Virus record (IMG/VR): IMGVR_UViG_3300045988_067427
Coordinates: 1 to 31,317 of that record
Strand: one strand, 5' to 3'
Source: a virus
DNA: 31,317 nt
Under the pieces are notes generated by a model. It did not search any database and was not told the DNA's origin. It saw only the letters and a program-made list of their open reading frames with translations. The translations under genes and the position numbers were made by a program. Position 1 is the stretch's first letter, and each line of letters starts with the position of its first letter. This document shows positions 7,522 through 15,402 of the stretch, one piece after another.

Positions 7522-8465
7522 TTGTACCTCTCCATAGGGTCTCTCTTGTCATAGAATTGAAGGAACTGCTCTTCTGTGCCGAACTCTACCCTAGCCGCTG
7601 CGAGCTTGCCCATACGGCATAGGTACGAATTACCACACACGTTAGGGTTACGGTCCTCTGGTGGCTGAGACCAGTCATACTCACCGACCTGCCTAGCCCA
7701 CCTTAGTATACTCTTTATCTGCCGAGCGTGTACCTGCTTATTGAAGGGCACCAGCAGCCTGGTGAAAGCTGGGCAATGTTGACGCTTCAACAACTCAGCC
7801 TCCTTGACCAGGATATCACAGTCGCTGCTGGAGATCCTCGTCTTGTTCTCATGCATCCAGTCTACCATAGATCGGTAACAAGTGCTACCTGAGCTGCCCT
7901 TGGTGAGCTTGAGCTTGCCCGTCTTGGTCAGCTGCGGCCACACGACTTTCTGTGGCTGGATGTAGTCCCAGATCATACCACCGAGTGGCAGGTCCCAACC
8001 AAGCCTATGCTTGTTGCCCTCAAGAAGCCACAGGTAGGCGTGTGACTGGATATCAAGCTGCCGGTACTCCGCGGTAGGCAGAGTCTGGTGTGTCTTGTGG
8101 TCTAGTACCCATAAGCGTCCACCGAGCTCCACTACCTTATCGATCTTACCCCTGTACTCGTGATTACACCCGGGGATGCCTCGTGACAGGTCCAGCTCGC
8201 ACGCCAGAACGTTGAGGGGCTCATCGCGGTACCTGTACTCATAGGCACGGTACACACGGTCGAGGTCATCGTAGATCTCATGCTCCTCCTCCATGAGGTC
8301 CTCTGGACGCTCTGGGGGAGTACCTGTCTCGAGCCATGAATGTAGGTAGGTACCTCTATCTAGGGCCGTACCTGGATGGGGCTTAGGTGTGATCCCCTGT
8401 AGGTCATAGTAAGCCTCCAGAGGGCAGTTCAGCCAGGACTTGATCAGGCTAGTTGTTATCTGCAT
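7518..8465 (-). CDS. PD-(D/E)XK (Cas4/RecB-like) exonuclease
   Basis: Core motifs GKID...LWVLDHKT and QSHAY (QxxxY). Has an N-terminal Cys (NCPLE) and a C-terminal Cys pair (VCGNSYLC). Confidence 0.75.
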   Translation of the reverse strand: MQITTSLIKSWLNCPLEAYYDLQGITPKPHPGTALDRGTYLHSWLETGTPPERPEDLMEEEHEIYDDLDRVYRAYEYRYRDEPLNVLACELDLSRGIPGCNHEYRGKIDKVVELGGRLWVLDHKTHQTLPTAEYRQLDIQSHAYLWLLEGNKHRLGWDLPLGGMIWDYIQPQKVVWPQLTKTGKLKLTKGSSGSTCYRSMVDWMHENKTRISSSDCDILVKEAELLKRQHCPAFTRLLVPFNKQVHARQIKSILRWARQVGEYDWSQPPEDRNPNVCGNSYLCRMGKLAAARVEFGTEEQFLQFYDKRDPMERYK

Positions 8466-8470
8466 GTCAG

Positions 8471-10195
8471 CTACCTTACATCAATCTCTGGTCCCCAGCA
8501 AGTGCCTACCTCAACATCAGCTACCAGAGGGCAGTCAAAGTGGGGCAGGGGCCCCTCCATGGTCTCCTTGATCATGCTTGCTGTGGTCTCGGCTAGGTCA
8601 TCAGGCACCAGCACGAGCACAGCGTCGTGGATCAGGCCCAGTATGTGGCTGTCACCCTCCAGGCTAGACCACACACGTGTGGCAGCTCTCAGCATGATGT
8701 CGCTACCTGTGCCCTGCACCTGACTATTGACAGCCTGGCGCTCAGCTGCCGCTACCTCGTATTCGTCATCGCTGTATAGTCCTGGCAGGTGTCGCCTACG
8801 GCCGAACATAGTCGACGAGTACCCCAGCTGATGAGCCTTAGCTTTGGCCCTAGCGTGCCATGGGCGTAGCCCTGACCAGTGCTGGAAGAAGGACTCCCTG
8901 AAGGACTCAGCCTCCTCGAGCGTGATGTCAGTACCGTAGCTAACCTTAGCGAACTGGACGAACGACTTAGCGCTCATGCCGTACAGGAATCCGAAGTTGA
9001 CGATCTTAGCTTTCCTACGGTCAAAGCTATTGTCCGGATCCAGCCCGATAGCACGTGTGGTCTGTGAGTGGATGTCCCCGCCCTGTCTGTACAGCTCGAG
9101 CATATTCTTGTCACGCGAGACCACAGCTGCAACGCGTAGCTCCAGCTGGCTGTAGTCAGCCTCAATGATCTTGTACCCGTCAGGGGCAGCTACCAGGCCC
9201 CTTATGAAGGGGTCCTTCGGAACTTGCTGTAGGTTCACGCCAACACCGTCACATACTTTGCTCGAGGATAGACGCCCAGTCACAGTACCGTGGAGCTTAA
9301 ATGACGTGTATAAACGTCCCCTTTCGTCTATTTGTTCTTTATATGGGGTAATAAACCCGTCTATGTTCTTCTTTAGTCGTGACCTTTCTAATAGTGTTTT
9401 AGCAATAGGGTGATCCATATAAGCAAGAGCCTTCTTGGAAAGGCTAGGAGCACCATTAGGGAATGCTTTAGTAGGCTTTCCTACCTCCTTTTTGGGGATT
9501 CCCAAATAGTCGTACAGGAACCACCGCTGAAAGTTAGTAGTCCCCCATTTAACCTGCATACCTTCGGGTATTTCTGAAGGTATTTCTGACTGTAATTTGG
9601 CGTCTATCTTAGCCAATTCAGAGGTGTATCTACGCTCGGCTATCTCGAGCTTACCCCGGCTAATCGGAATACCGTAGTCTTCGGACTCGGCTAGCATGTT
9701 GATAGCCGGGACCACAACCTTCTTGAGGAGTTTCTTCTGATTGAGGGTGAGTTTACCCCTGTTAATCCGGTATAGCTCACGTGTGGCCAGGAGGTCCTTT
9801 TTCAGATATGTGGCCATAGCTTCAGGATCAGAGTCATCCCACACACCGTCATAAGACCAGTCCCCGCCCATAAAGTCAGCCATGAGAGACTTAAGGCCTA
9901 GAGGTCGATTCTCGTCCACCATATGAGCACCCAGCATAGTGTCTCCAGCTGCCTCGATATCGGCACCGAACCGCTTAGCGTACACTATGTCGAATTTGAT
10001 GTTGTGGCCCATAACCGGAGGGAGTTTTCCACACAGCTTGACAAGCCTAGCACGCCATGTCTCAGGGTGCTTAGAGGCCATGTGGAAAACACGTGGCTCA
10101 TCTTCAGGCTTATCACCAAGGATGCCCACCATAAGCACGGCGGCATCCTTGGCGCGGGGATTAAGCCCTGTGGTCTCGATGTCTAGAAATAACAT
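8471..10195 (-). CDS. Family A DNA polymerase with 3'-5' exonuclease domain
   Basis: Exonuclease motifs FLDIETTGL, HNIKFD and YLKKD. Polymerase motif A DYSQLELRV, motif B RRKAKIVNFGFLYGMS, motif C LIHDAV. No 5'-3' exonuclease domain. Confidence 0.95.
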   Translation of the reverse strand: MLFLDIETTGLNPRAKDAAVLMVGILGDKPEDEPRVFHMASKHPETWRARLVKLCGKLPPVMGHNIKFDIVYAKRFGADIEAAGDTMLGAHMVDENRPLGLKSLMADFMGGDWSYDGVWDDSDPEAMATYLKKDLLATRELYRINRGKLTLNQKKLLKKVVVPAINMLAESEDYGIPISRGKLEIAERRYTSELAKIDAKLQSEIPSEIPEGMQVKWGTTNFQRWFLYDYLGIPKKEVGKPTKAFPNGAPSLSKKALAYMDHPIAKTLLERSRLKKNIDGFITPYKEQIDERGRLYTSFKLHGTVTGRLSSSKVCDGVGVNLQQVPKDPFIRGLVAAPDGYKIIEADYSQLELRVAAVVSRDKNMLELYRQGGDIHSQTTRAIGLDPDNSFDRRKAKIVNFGFLYGMSAKSFVQFAKVSYGTDITLEEAESFRESFFQHWSGLRPWHARAKAKAHQLGYSSTMFGRRRHLPGLYSDDEYEVAAAERQAVNSQVQGTGSDIMLRAATRVWSSLEGDSHILGLIHDAVLVLVPDDLAETTASMIKETMEGPLPHFDCPLVADVEVGTCWGPEIDVR

Positions 10196-10698
10196 TTTGT
10201 CAACTCTTTGGCAAGCTTGTGAGCGGTGCGCACATCTGTGGTTGATTTGTACTCAATTGATTCTTCACCAATAGTGAAAGTCGTAGCTGTGCGGAACTTG
10301 TTCAACTTCCAGCTGGCCGTCCGTGCACACTCAGTAACCCACGAGCGGTACCCAATGCTCAGAACCAGGAATTCAGCCCAAGAGTACCCAGTCTCGGCGC
10401 CTGCCCACAACTGCTTACCCCAGTCCGAGAACAAGTCATCTAAGTTGAATGCAATCACGGCCAAGTTGAACCCCTTAGCCCGTGGTACGTTAGGCTTAGC
10501 CCCTGCTCGGATTTCAGAATTGATACCCACGTAATCGTGGATATCCCCGTCAACCCACGAGCGGGTCATGACACCGTGTGAGTTCTGTGGGTCCACAACC
10601 AGCTCGCTGGGGGCGTACCCCAGCCCTCGGGCGAAGACTTCAGGGGTAACCCCTGGGGTGGCTGCAATGACAAGTCGGTCAGACGGATTCACTAACAT
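10183..10698 (-). CDS. 171-aa hypothetical protein
   Basis: Good RBS (AGGAGAG 4 nt before ATG 10698). Overlaps the helicase stop by 20 nt and the polymerase start by 13 nt. No motif recognised. Confidence 0.75.
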   Translation of the reverse strand: MLVNPSDRLVIAATPGVTPEVFARGLGYAPSELVVDPQNSHGVMTRSWVDGDIHDYVGINSEIRAGAKPNVPRAKGFNLAVIAFNLDDLFSDWGKQLWAGAETGYSWAEFLVLSIGYRSWVTECARTASWKLNKFRTATTFTIGEESIEYKSTTDVRTAHKLAKELTKCYF

Positions 10699-12043
10699 AG
10701 GTCTCTCCTAACAGGAAGTCTCTGGTATTCAGCATGATCTCTTTACGGAACTCTGTGGCCTCAGCCAGGCTAGACCACAGGGAGTCCTCCACAGTGTCCT
10801 GAGTCACCAGGACGATGACCTTCGGATCATCTGCTAGAGCTACTCTATCAGACATCTGGCGGTAGGTCAAAGCTGAGGTAGGCACCCCGTACCACACCAG
10901 CACTTCGGCCTCGCGCATATCCACAGCAGTGGCAGCGACTTGAGGATTTACCACCAGAGTGCCAGCCTCAGAGGCCTTCCAGGCGTCCAGCACGGCAGTC
11001 TTATCCTTTACCTTACCGTCCAGCCTATACGTGGGGTCTAAGTGACCCTCCAGCACTGTGAGGGAGTCAAGTAGCTCGCTAGCTACCACTATACGACCAC
11101 TGTAGCTGTCGCGTATGCGCAGCAGGGCCTCGAGCTTGTGGGTGCTGTGCATGAGCTTCCCCTCACCTGTGGATAGCCCCTCAGCTAGCCTGCGGCACTT
11201 GGCAAACAGGGCCAGCACCGAGTCAGCTCCAGTTTCGCCTTGAGCCTCGAGGACGTCGAGCTCATCCCGCACCATAGACTGGTAGGTAGCATGACGGGAC
11301 TCGACCATGTATACGGGCACAACCTCCTCCTGCACAGCCTTAGTGCCCAGAGCGTCCTCACGGCTAATACTTATGGAGTGCGCCTTAATAAGTGCCTGGT
11401 ATTCCTCAGTATTCCTTGGACCTATATAGCGGGGGAATCCCCCGAAATTAGACCATTCACCGAAATACTCCCGGAATGACTTAGCTGAGGGGAAATCAGC
11501 TCGAATAGAGGGGTCAGAGAATACCAACTGTGGGTAAATCTCACCCACCATATTACGCTTACCCACAGGGGTGGCTGTCAAGCATACCCTGTATCTAGCA
11601 GATTTAGCCATACCCACAATACGCCTAGACCTCTTGCTGGCGGGCGTCTTGATTAGGTGAGATTCGTCCAGGACAATAGCTGATGCGTGGTATTCAGCCC
11701 CTTTGAAAAGTCCCTTAGGGTACCCTCGGGAGAATTTGTCATAGTTGATGAGCACTATCTTAGGCAGTGCGGAGGCCTCATATGCCCCATCGTAGACAAT
11801 GTCCGCCTCAGGACCCCAGTAATGCTGCTGGAGTTCCCTGACCCACACGTCAATAGCGATCTTAGGGCAGACCACAACGATGTACCTAACATCACGGTTG
11901 TGCATCAGCCACGACAACCAGTCGATGGTTGTCTTAGTCTTACCCGTACGTGTGTCCATAAGGAGCATACCGTGCTCTTTTTTAGCCAGCCACTTAACCG
12001 CGGCCAGCTGATAGTCTCGAGGTTTAGTGACTGGCTCAAACAT
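10679..12043 (-). CDS. SNF2/DExH-family helicase
   Basis: Motif I MDTRTGKTKT, motif II VLDESHLIK, motif III LTATP and a C-terminal helicase lobe with QMSDRV. Confidence 0.9.
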   Translation of the reverse strand: MFEPVTKPRDYQLAAVKWLAKKEHGMLLMDTRTGKTKTTIDWLSWLMHNRDVRYIVVVCPKIAIDVWVRELQQHYWGPEADIVYDGAYEASALPKIVLINYDKFSRGYPKGLFKGAEYHASAIVLDESHLIKTPASKRSRRIVGMAKSARYRVCLTATPVGKRNMVGEIYPQLVFSDPSIRADFPSAKSFREYFGEWSNFGGFPRYIGPRNTEEYQALIKAHSISISREDALGTKAVQEEVVPVYMVESRHATYQSMVRDELDVLEAQGETGADSVLALFAKCRRLAEGLSTGEGKLMHSTHKLEALLRIRDSYSGRIVVASELLDSLTVLEGHLDPTYRLDGKVKDKTAVLDAWKASEAGTLVVNPQVAATAVDMREAEVLVWYGVPTSALTYRQMSDRVALADDPKVIVLVTQDTVEDSLWSSLAEATEFRKEIMLNTRDFLLGETYVSESV

Positions 12044-12303
12044 TAGTTAATTGCTCCTTCAATCATCTTCTTGTACTGGAGTGTGGTCCCAGTACCCATC
12101 CTAGCAACCTCCACACCCTCGCGCAAGGCGATAACTGTAGGCACGGACATGATGTCAAATTTACGCCCTAGGTCAGGGTTGACCTCAACATCAACGTAAT
12201 CCCAACCAAGGTAAGGGAACTTTTGCATAGCCCTTTCAAAATTAGCCTTGGCTTGCGGGCACTGTGCACACCATGGGGCTCCAACAAAGAACAACTTCAA
12301 CAT
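12043..12303 (-). CDS. Thioredoxin-fold redox protein
   Basis: 86 aa with a WCAQCP CxxC motif and the SVPT cis-Pro element. Its ATG overlaps the stop of the upstream gene (TAATG), and its own stop overlaps the ATG of the downstream helicase gene. Confidence 0.8.
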   Translation of the reverse strand: MLKLFFVGAPWCAQCPQAKANFERAMQKFPYLGWDYVDVEVNPDLGRKFDIMSVPTVIALREGVEVARMGTGTTLQYKKMIEGAIN

Positions 12304-13130
12304 TAAACTACCACCACTTTCGCTGAGTAGATAGGCGCCTTATAGTCGACCGCCTTGAACCCTTTACCTTTAAATTCTAGCACACCTTGTTTAGCCGGTA
12401 TGAACTCAATCTCCTTCTCTACCCTAGCGGGCATCAGCATCCTATGCCAAACATCGAGATTCTGGCAATACACATGTGCATTAGCAGTAGTGAACCTCAG
12501 CTGACCCGGCACGACCTCATGCCCGTGATAATTCAGGGTATTAGTCATCAGGTGGATAAGCATCCATCCCTCAAGCGTGTCGTAAGGTAGACCGCACACT
12601 ACATCAGTAGACCGGGCGAATATGTCGAGGTTGACCCTGCCCCCTACCACATTGAACACCCACACCACCGGGCAAGGTGGAATACGCATAGACCCTACCT
12701 CATACCCCTGCCAGGCAGTCCACACAGCGCGTTTGGTTGTGGGGTTGGCTACAAGCCTGTCCACAACGTCCTGTACAGCGTCATATAGCCCACCAGGGCC
12801 CCCGTAGCGCCACTGGACTCCATACATAGGCCCCAGCGTGTCTGTGGCCCACGGGGACCACATGCGCTCCACATCTGGGGTGATTCTAGCACACCTGTCC
12901 TGCTGTGTGGCCCCTGACCCGCTCAGCATCCAGTGCAGCTCACGCTGAGCCATGTCCACAGACACTCTACGAGTCTGGGATAGGGGTGCATGGGTGTAGA
13001 CCACACTCCATGACCCGTAGCACCAGTAGGGGTGCTCCTGCCCTTTTGTTACTAGCTCAGCAACCTGTCTAGACAGGTTGTATACGTTATGATCATACTC
13101 ACACAGCACGTCGGTAAGCCTCCGATACAC
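12303..13130 (-). CDS. Thymidylate-synthase-family enzyme with dCMP-type active site (candidate dCMP methylase/hydroxymethylase)
   Basis: ThyA motifs ELHWMLSG, GPMYGVQWR, PPCP (catalytic Cys), ARSTDVVCGLPYD and ANAHVY. The spacing is identical to E. coli QRSCDVFLGLPFN, which puts Asp where ThyA has Asn177. Confidence 0.85.
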   Translation of the reverse strand: MYRRLTDVLCEYDHNVYNLSRQVAELVTKGQEHPYWCYGSWSVVYTHAPLSQTRRVSVDMAQRELHWMLSGSGATQQDRCARITPDVERMWSPWATDTLGPMYGVQWRYGGPGGLYDAVQDVVDRLVANPTTKRAVWTAWQGYEVGSMRIPPCPVVWVFNVVGGRVNLDIFARSTDVVCGLPYDTLEGWMLIHLMTNTLNYHGHEVVPGQLRFTTANAHVYCQNLDVWHRMLMPARVEKEIEFIPAKQGVLEFKGKGFKAVDYKAPIYSAKVVVV

Positions 13131-13857
13131 ACTTGACGATTATGTAACCCGGTTCCTTAACCCATGAGCTACCGTAATTAGCCCAGTGCGTAAAGTCTTT
13201 AACTGCCTTATTGAAATTCTTAGCTAGAGTGTAATTAGTCACCCCATAAGATACATCTGGGCTTACATTATAGCCCATATTAAGGTACTTATGAAAGGCC
13301 TCAAGAATAAACATACAGGCCTTTTTAGTAAGGTCCCTAAACCTTATATCACCCCAGTTAAGGGTCTCCATGCATTGGGGATACCAGTCACCGAAATTGA
13401 GGTCATTAGACCACCGAGCGCCGTCATCTTTTAGAGACCTAGTTACGACCACACCTGCATTCTTCAGCACGGTTATACCCTGTTTGTGGTCTCGCCAATT
13501 AGGCTTTTTCAAGGCTGGGTCAAGCCACGGCCTGTCGTATTCCAGGTACCCTCTAAACCATGACAGCAACAGTGCCCTAGCACAGTTCGCACACGGCTCA
13601 TATGTCATGGCTATGTGGCCCTCACGCAGCTCGTAAGGAAGCCTCATAAGCTCTAGTGAGGCCCACACCTCCGCATGAATGTACTCAAGACACTGGCCAT
13701 TAGGTGCGATATCGTGCAGTTTAGGGCCGAGCTCCACGTTATGAGTGGCTATGGCTCTCCCTGTACGTGTGTTTTCGAAATAACACCCAACCTTGACATC
13801 CGGGTGGGACGACTGACTGGCTACCTCGTATGCTTTTTCAATGTTACTCAGTATCAT
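13099..13857 (-). CDS. dCMP/cytidine deaminase-family zinc enzyme with ~110-aa C-terminal extension
   Basis: Motifs VKVGCYF...YIHAEVWA...YEPCANCARALL (H-A-E and P-C-x-x-C). Residues ~140-252 have no recognisable motif. Confidence 0.85.
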   Translation of the reverse strand: MILSNIEKAYEVASQSSHPDVKVGCYFENTRTGRAIATHNVELGPKLHDIAPNGQCLEYIHAEVWASLELMRLPYELREGHIAMTYEPCANCARALLLSWFRGYLEYDRPWLDPALKKPNWRDHKQGITVLKNAGVVVTRSLKDDGARWSNDLNFGDWYPQCMETLNWGDIRFRDLTKKACMFILEAFHKYLNMGYNVSPDVSYGVTNYTLAKNFNKAVKDFTHWANYGSSWVKEPGYIIVKCVSEAYRRAV

Positions 13858-14137
13858 AGGTCCTCACAATAACACGATCGAACTGTGGAAAAGTCTTCAG
13901 AATAGCTTCACAAGTGATGCAAACGTGGTTAATTATGTACGCAATGCCCGGGCGTGACCCCCCAACCTCATTTAGCAGCCTCATTACTGGGTGGATGTAG
14001 GCCCCTCCGGGCTTAGGGTAATACTTACCCGGCACCCACCAGATACCGTCTGGGCTTGAGAAAACCACAGATGACATACATCCTCGCTCGGGCTTGATGC
14101 TCTGAACCATGCGGGGAATATCCCCGAATTCATACAT
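13844..14137 (-). CDS. 97-aa deaminase-fold-like protein lacking the catalytic Glu (HPV ... CITC)
   Basis: The sequence SSVVFSSPDGIWWVPG...AYIHPVMRLL...IAYIINHVCITCEAILKT...RVIV follows the order of the CDA-fold beta-alpha elements. His and Cys-x-x-Cys are retained, but Val sits where the proton-shuttle Glu should be. Overlaps the start of the catalytic deaminase gene by 14 nt. Confidence 0.5.
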   Translation of the reverse strand: MYEFGDIPRMVQSIKPERGCMSSVVFSSPDGIWWVPGKYYPKPGGAYIHPVMRLLNEVGGSRPGIAYIINHVCITCEAILKTFPQFDRVIVRTYDTE

Positions 14138-14343
14138 CAGAATTCACTCCAATCACCGAACTCGTCCTTGTGGCCGTACTTAGCCTCGTACTTGAACCCG
14201 AGCCACACACCAGCAATAGCCATCAGGATGAGGGCCACATACCACAGACCGTAGAAGATCATCCAGGTGATCAGCACCCCAAGCCCGAGAGCAGCAGCGA
14301 CAGCAGCAATAATACCGGCCATGTAGGCGACGAACTTAAGCAT
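14137..14343 (-). CDS. 68-aa two-helix membrane protein
   Basis: Track ORF 14137..14409 trimmed to ATG 14343 (GAAAGG RBS). The longer version would run through the promoter boxes. Product MLKFVAYMAGIIAAVAAALGLGVLITWMIFYGLWYVALILMAIAGVWLGF... Confidence 0.7.
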   Translation of the reverse strand: MLKFVAYMAGIIAAVAAALGLGVLITWMIFYGLWYVALILMAIAGVWLGFKYEAKYGHKDEFGDWSEF

Positions 14344-14380
14344 TGTTTGGAACCTTTCTTGATGTTTTCTTGATGTCTTT

Positions 14381-14409
14381 AGCTTAGCACACTCTGGGGA
14401 GCTATGCAA
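14381..14409 (-). promoter_or_regulatory. Extended -10 promoter TTGCAT-N17-TGcTAAGCT
   Basis: On the - strand the -35 TTGCAT is at 14409-14404 and the -10 TAAGCT at 14386-14381, preceded by TGc. The hexamers are identical to those of the promoter at 14859-14887. It is followed by acatcaag repeats and a GAAAGG RBS. Confidence 0.6.
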
Positions 14410-14426
14410 CCCCTCAGGGAAGAATT

Positions 14427-14825
14427 TTATTTGTTTTCAGCGAGCCACTCAGATCCGATCTCAACCAGCTGGCCGTAGGTTAGAGTGTAGTCCTCCTCGA
14501 CGCGGTCGATCAGGTAGCTGATCAGGGTCCACACAGGGCTGTCCTCGATGACCTCAGCGGTCTCAGGCAGGACCAGGACCTCACCGAACTCCTCGTCGAG
14601 GGGGGTGTCATCCGACTGGGGCCCCTCCACACGCACCAGCACGGGGTCAGTAGCCTCGACTGAGTGTGTGGCCCAGTATGCAGCCAGCTCCGCGATGGTC
14701 TCGCAGCCACTAATGCCACGCCTGACCTTCGACTCGTCGTAATCCATGGGCCAGCTGTACTGGGTCTCAGGGTCGAGCAGGTACTCAGTACCGCGGCGCT
14801 TGTCCTGGATCCTGTACGCGATCAT
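14427..14825 (-). CDS. 132-aa highly acidic early protein (hypothetical)
   Basis: First ORF downstream of the promoter at 14859-14887, with a GAAAGGA RBS. Very D/E-rich (DDTPLDEEFGEVLVLPETAEVIED). Confidence 0.8.
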   Translation of the reverse strand: MIAYRIQDKRRGTEYLLDPETQYSWPMDYDESKVRRGISGCETIAELAAYWATHSVEATDPVLVRVEGPQSDDTPLDEEFGEVLVLPETAEVIEDSPVWTLISYLIDRVEEDYTLTYGQLVEIGSEWLAENK

Positions 14826-14858
14826 CTGTGTAGTCCTTTCATGTGGCTTGATGTATCA

Positions 14859-14887
14859 AGCTTACCAACTCTGCCAGGTCTATGCAA
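14859..14887 (-). promoter_or_regulatory. Extended -10 promoter TTGCAT-N17-TGgTAAGCT
   Basis: On the - strand the -35 TTGCAT is at 14887-14882 and the -10 TAAGCT at 14864-14859, preceded by TGg. Lies in an intergenic region directly after a stem-loop. Confidence 0.6.
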
Positions 14888-14940
14888 CTCGGATCAGGGG
14901 TTGTTATCAAGTTGTTACTTTGCATTAGTTGAGATTCTAG

Positions 14941-14992
14941 GGCCTAGCAGCACCCCGGGGGTACAAGAGTACCGGGCAGGGGCTGCTAGGCC
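14941..14992 (-). terminator. Stem-loop after the zinc-protein gene (possible I-shaped terminator)
   Basis: 11-bp stem ggcctagcagc / gctgctaggcc enclosing a 30-nt loop that contains ccccgggggtac. No U-tract. Confidence 0.4.
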
Positions 14993-14997
14993 GTAAA

Positions 14998-15261
14998 TCA
15001 GCGTTGCCTGAAGCTCTCAGTGGTATCGTAGCCTGTCCCCCGTATGCCAGCTCTGGCCTGAGTCATGCCCTTAGCCTCCATCTCAGTTGGGGTGAGGCAC
15101 CTACGGCGATCAGGGCCCTCAGTCACCCCGTGGCGGCCTACGCGGTGCATGTCACCCGCCCTGGTACCCCCGAAAGTCTCATGGCACACGGGGCAGTGCT
15201 CGTAGCTGCGTTTGGTGATGTTCTTCTTGCAAGTTCTGCATGCCCAAGTCATGGCACCCAC
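14998..15261 (-). CDS. FDxHR-type putative zinc-binding protein
   Basis: The pattern CRTC...HCPVCHETF...GDMHR...RRC matches the CxxC/HCxxCH/(F)DxHR layout of a family common in actinobacterial phages. The track start is GTG 15261; ATG 15252 (MTWACRTC) is an alternative. Confidence 0.75.
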   Translation of the reverse strand: MGAMTWACRTCKKNITKRSYEHCPVCHETFGGTRAGDMHRVGRHGVTEGPDRRRCLTPTEMEAKGMTQARAGIRGTGYDTTESFRQR

Positions 15262-15313
15262 CCTAGTACAGGCTAGAGACCCTGTAAAACGTGCAGGCTA
15301 TCGCGTTTTAGCC

Positions 15314-15368
15314 CCTAACAGGCCCTGACCCTACCTAGGATACCCCCTGGCCCTTTTGAGGCCGTCTA
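15314..15368. repeat. Copy A of a ~55-nt composite direct repeat (cctaacagg-N18-taccccc-N7-tttgaggccgtcta)
   Basis: Shares three blocks with 16343-16396 at the same spacing (offsets 0, 27 and 40-41 nt). The segment between blocks 1 and 2 contains ccctgaccc here and its reverse complement gggtcaggg in copy B. Confidence 0.7.
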
Positions 15369-15402
15369 GGGGCACTCCCAGCAAGGTCAGGATCAATCTA
15401 GG

